Shown piece by piece: positions 62,624 to 64,000 of a stretch of DNA of 64,000 nt; position 1 is the first letter of the stretch, and each line of letters begins with the position of its first letter. This DNA is from Glycera tridactyla (Eukaryota). A model generated the notes under the pieces. The model saw nothing but the letters and a program-made list of their open reading frames with translations. It made no database searches and was not told the DNA's origin. The stretch is taken from the NCBI GenBank assembly GCA_965644265.1, contig OZ286472.1:45198001-45262000 (forward strand), written 5' to 3'. Position numbers and translations under genes: made by a program.

Positions 62624-64000
62624 CTGTGAAGGTTAGTGAAAAGCACTACTGGCGGCAGACAAAGGAACAAATGGCGTCTTATAACGTTAGTAAGCAGCAG
62701 CAGTAGCGATGGTCATATCAGCATCATCTTCACTAGGCTAATCATTGATGGAGATGCAGAGCGATGACATTCAGCAGCCTGGTATCTGGAGAGCAGGCCG
62801 GTATATGATGCTATGAGTAGTCACCAGCGCGGCTGCGCAGAATGTGTGTACAGTGTTTGGATGTCACACCCACGAGTGCCAGGTGCACCCATTCACTACC
62901 AAACATACACAGCCTGGGGATTTCCGTGTTCCTACCTTACCCCAAAGTCAAATAATGAATCCAAAATACAGATTCCAAATCACAGCGAAGTCAGGAGATT
63001 GAATGATTCATTTCTCTACGAAATATTGGACATGTCACACATGATGAAATAGGAATACGGGAATTTGCAGATATGTTCACAAACTTGTGCGATGTGAATA
63101 CCATGCATGTCCTATACTAAAGCGCTTAGCAGCAGTTATAGCAATAAAAATCAGGGCGTCAACACAGTGAGTCAATAATATTGGTGGATGGCCCTAAAAT
63201 GACTGAATAGATGTTTGAGTGGATGGAGTCAGGCGATGTTGTCGTACTTTGAGGTGAAACTAAACCCATCACATAAATTGATTGGGCTTGGTACGGAAAA
63301 AGTACAATTTCGGGGAAAACACACGACAAGTCGCGTTTTGTTCACAATGCCATTGAAATGCACACGATTCTACATCAAGTGACAGTACAAACATTCCTTG
63401 GTCTTGGCGTGAAGAATCACCATCAGCTTGGGATGGGTAGAGCTTCTATTTTCCAAAACGGTCGTAGGAACGAATTGGATGATTTTTCAGTTTCCACGGG
63501 CGGGAGCATGGTATTTGATGTCTGAGATGTTTTTACTTAGTATTTCATGGAGTGTAGTGTAAATATGAAGAGAACACGTGATGGGTGACCTTCCATTGGA
63601 CGGGTGGTGAATGATAACGGTGTGGCTGAATAGAACCTGAATTAAGTATCTCGGCTTCTCATGATCATGAAAATGGGAACATTCTGCATATATCACCCTA
63701 CAAAAATCTCCCTGATATTCATATACTATGTTATCAGGCACCATATGAATGCAAAATACGACCTCCATTATGTTTCAGCTGTCATACAGGAATTGGAGAC
63801 CGAGAGACTGGGTAGCACCACCATGGAGGGATTCCCCTGCCAATGTCCAGAAAACATTCTTTACCACTCTCGAACTGTTTTCCATTTATTTTTTTTGCTA
63901 TAATCCTGTCACTCTTTTGGAATGCCGAAATGTCAGCATCTCTAATCGAGAAGAAAAATTCAAGCATTTTATCGTTGAGAATCATTCATGTGTGTTTTGT

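Noticed and set aside
1-64000. CRISPR arrays, rRNA, tRNA, tRNA-derived SINEs
   Set aside because: No repeat-spacer periodicity, cloverleaf or paired A/B boxes seen by eye; the DNA is eukaryotic

Overview
Eukaryotic (metazoan, probably marine invertebrate; taxon is inference) genomic DNA with spliceosomal introns, many microsatellites and 8 N-gaps. No prokaryotic features (no CRISPR, rRNA or tRNA recognised). Two large units, both on the minus strand. (1) ~7790-15440: a near full-length CR1/Jockey-group non-LTR retrotransposon with an unusual layout: L1-like ORF1 (coiled coil-RRM-CTD), a separate SGNH-esterase ORF, a ~1.1 kb hairpin-rich spacer holding two copies of a conserved RNA motif with covarying stems plus a small ORF, then APE-RT ORF2 (one frameshift, one nonsense codon) and a 3' stem-loop/A-rich tail. 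(2) 62623 to 30804: the 3' part of a very large multi-exon gene whose exon phases match at every junction I could check. It includes a ~12.5 kb repetitive acidic Ser/Thr/Glu/Pro-rich exon, several Gly/Thr-rich phase-1 symmetric exons, and a C-terminus of plectin/plakin-type repeats. The rest is intronic/intergenic DNA with MITE and Helentron-like remnants and a few weak exon candidates.
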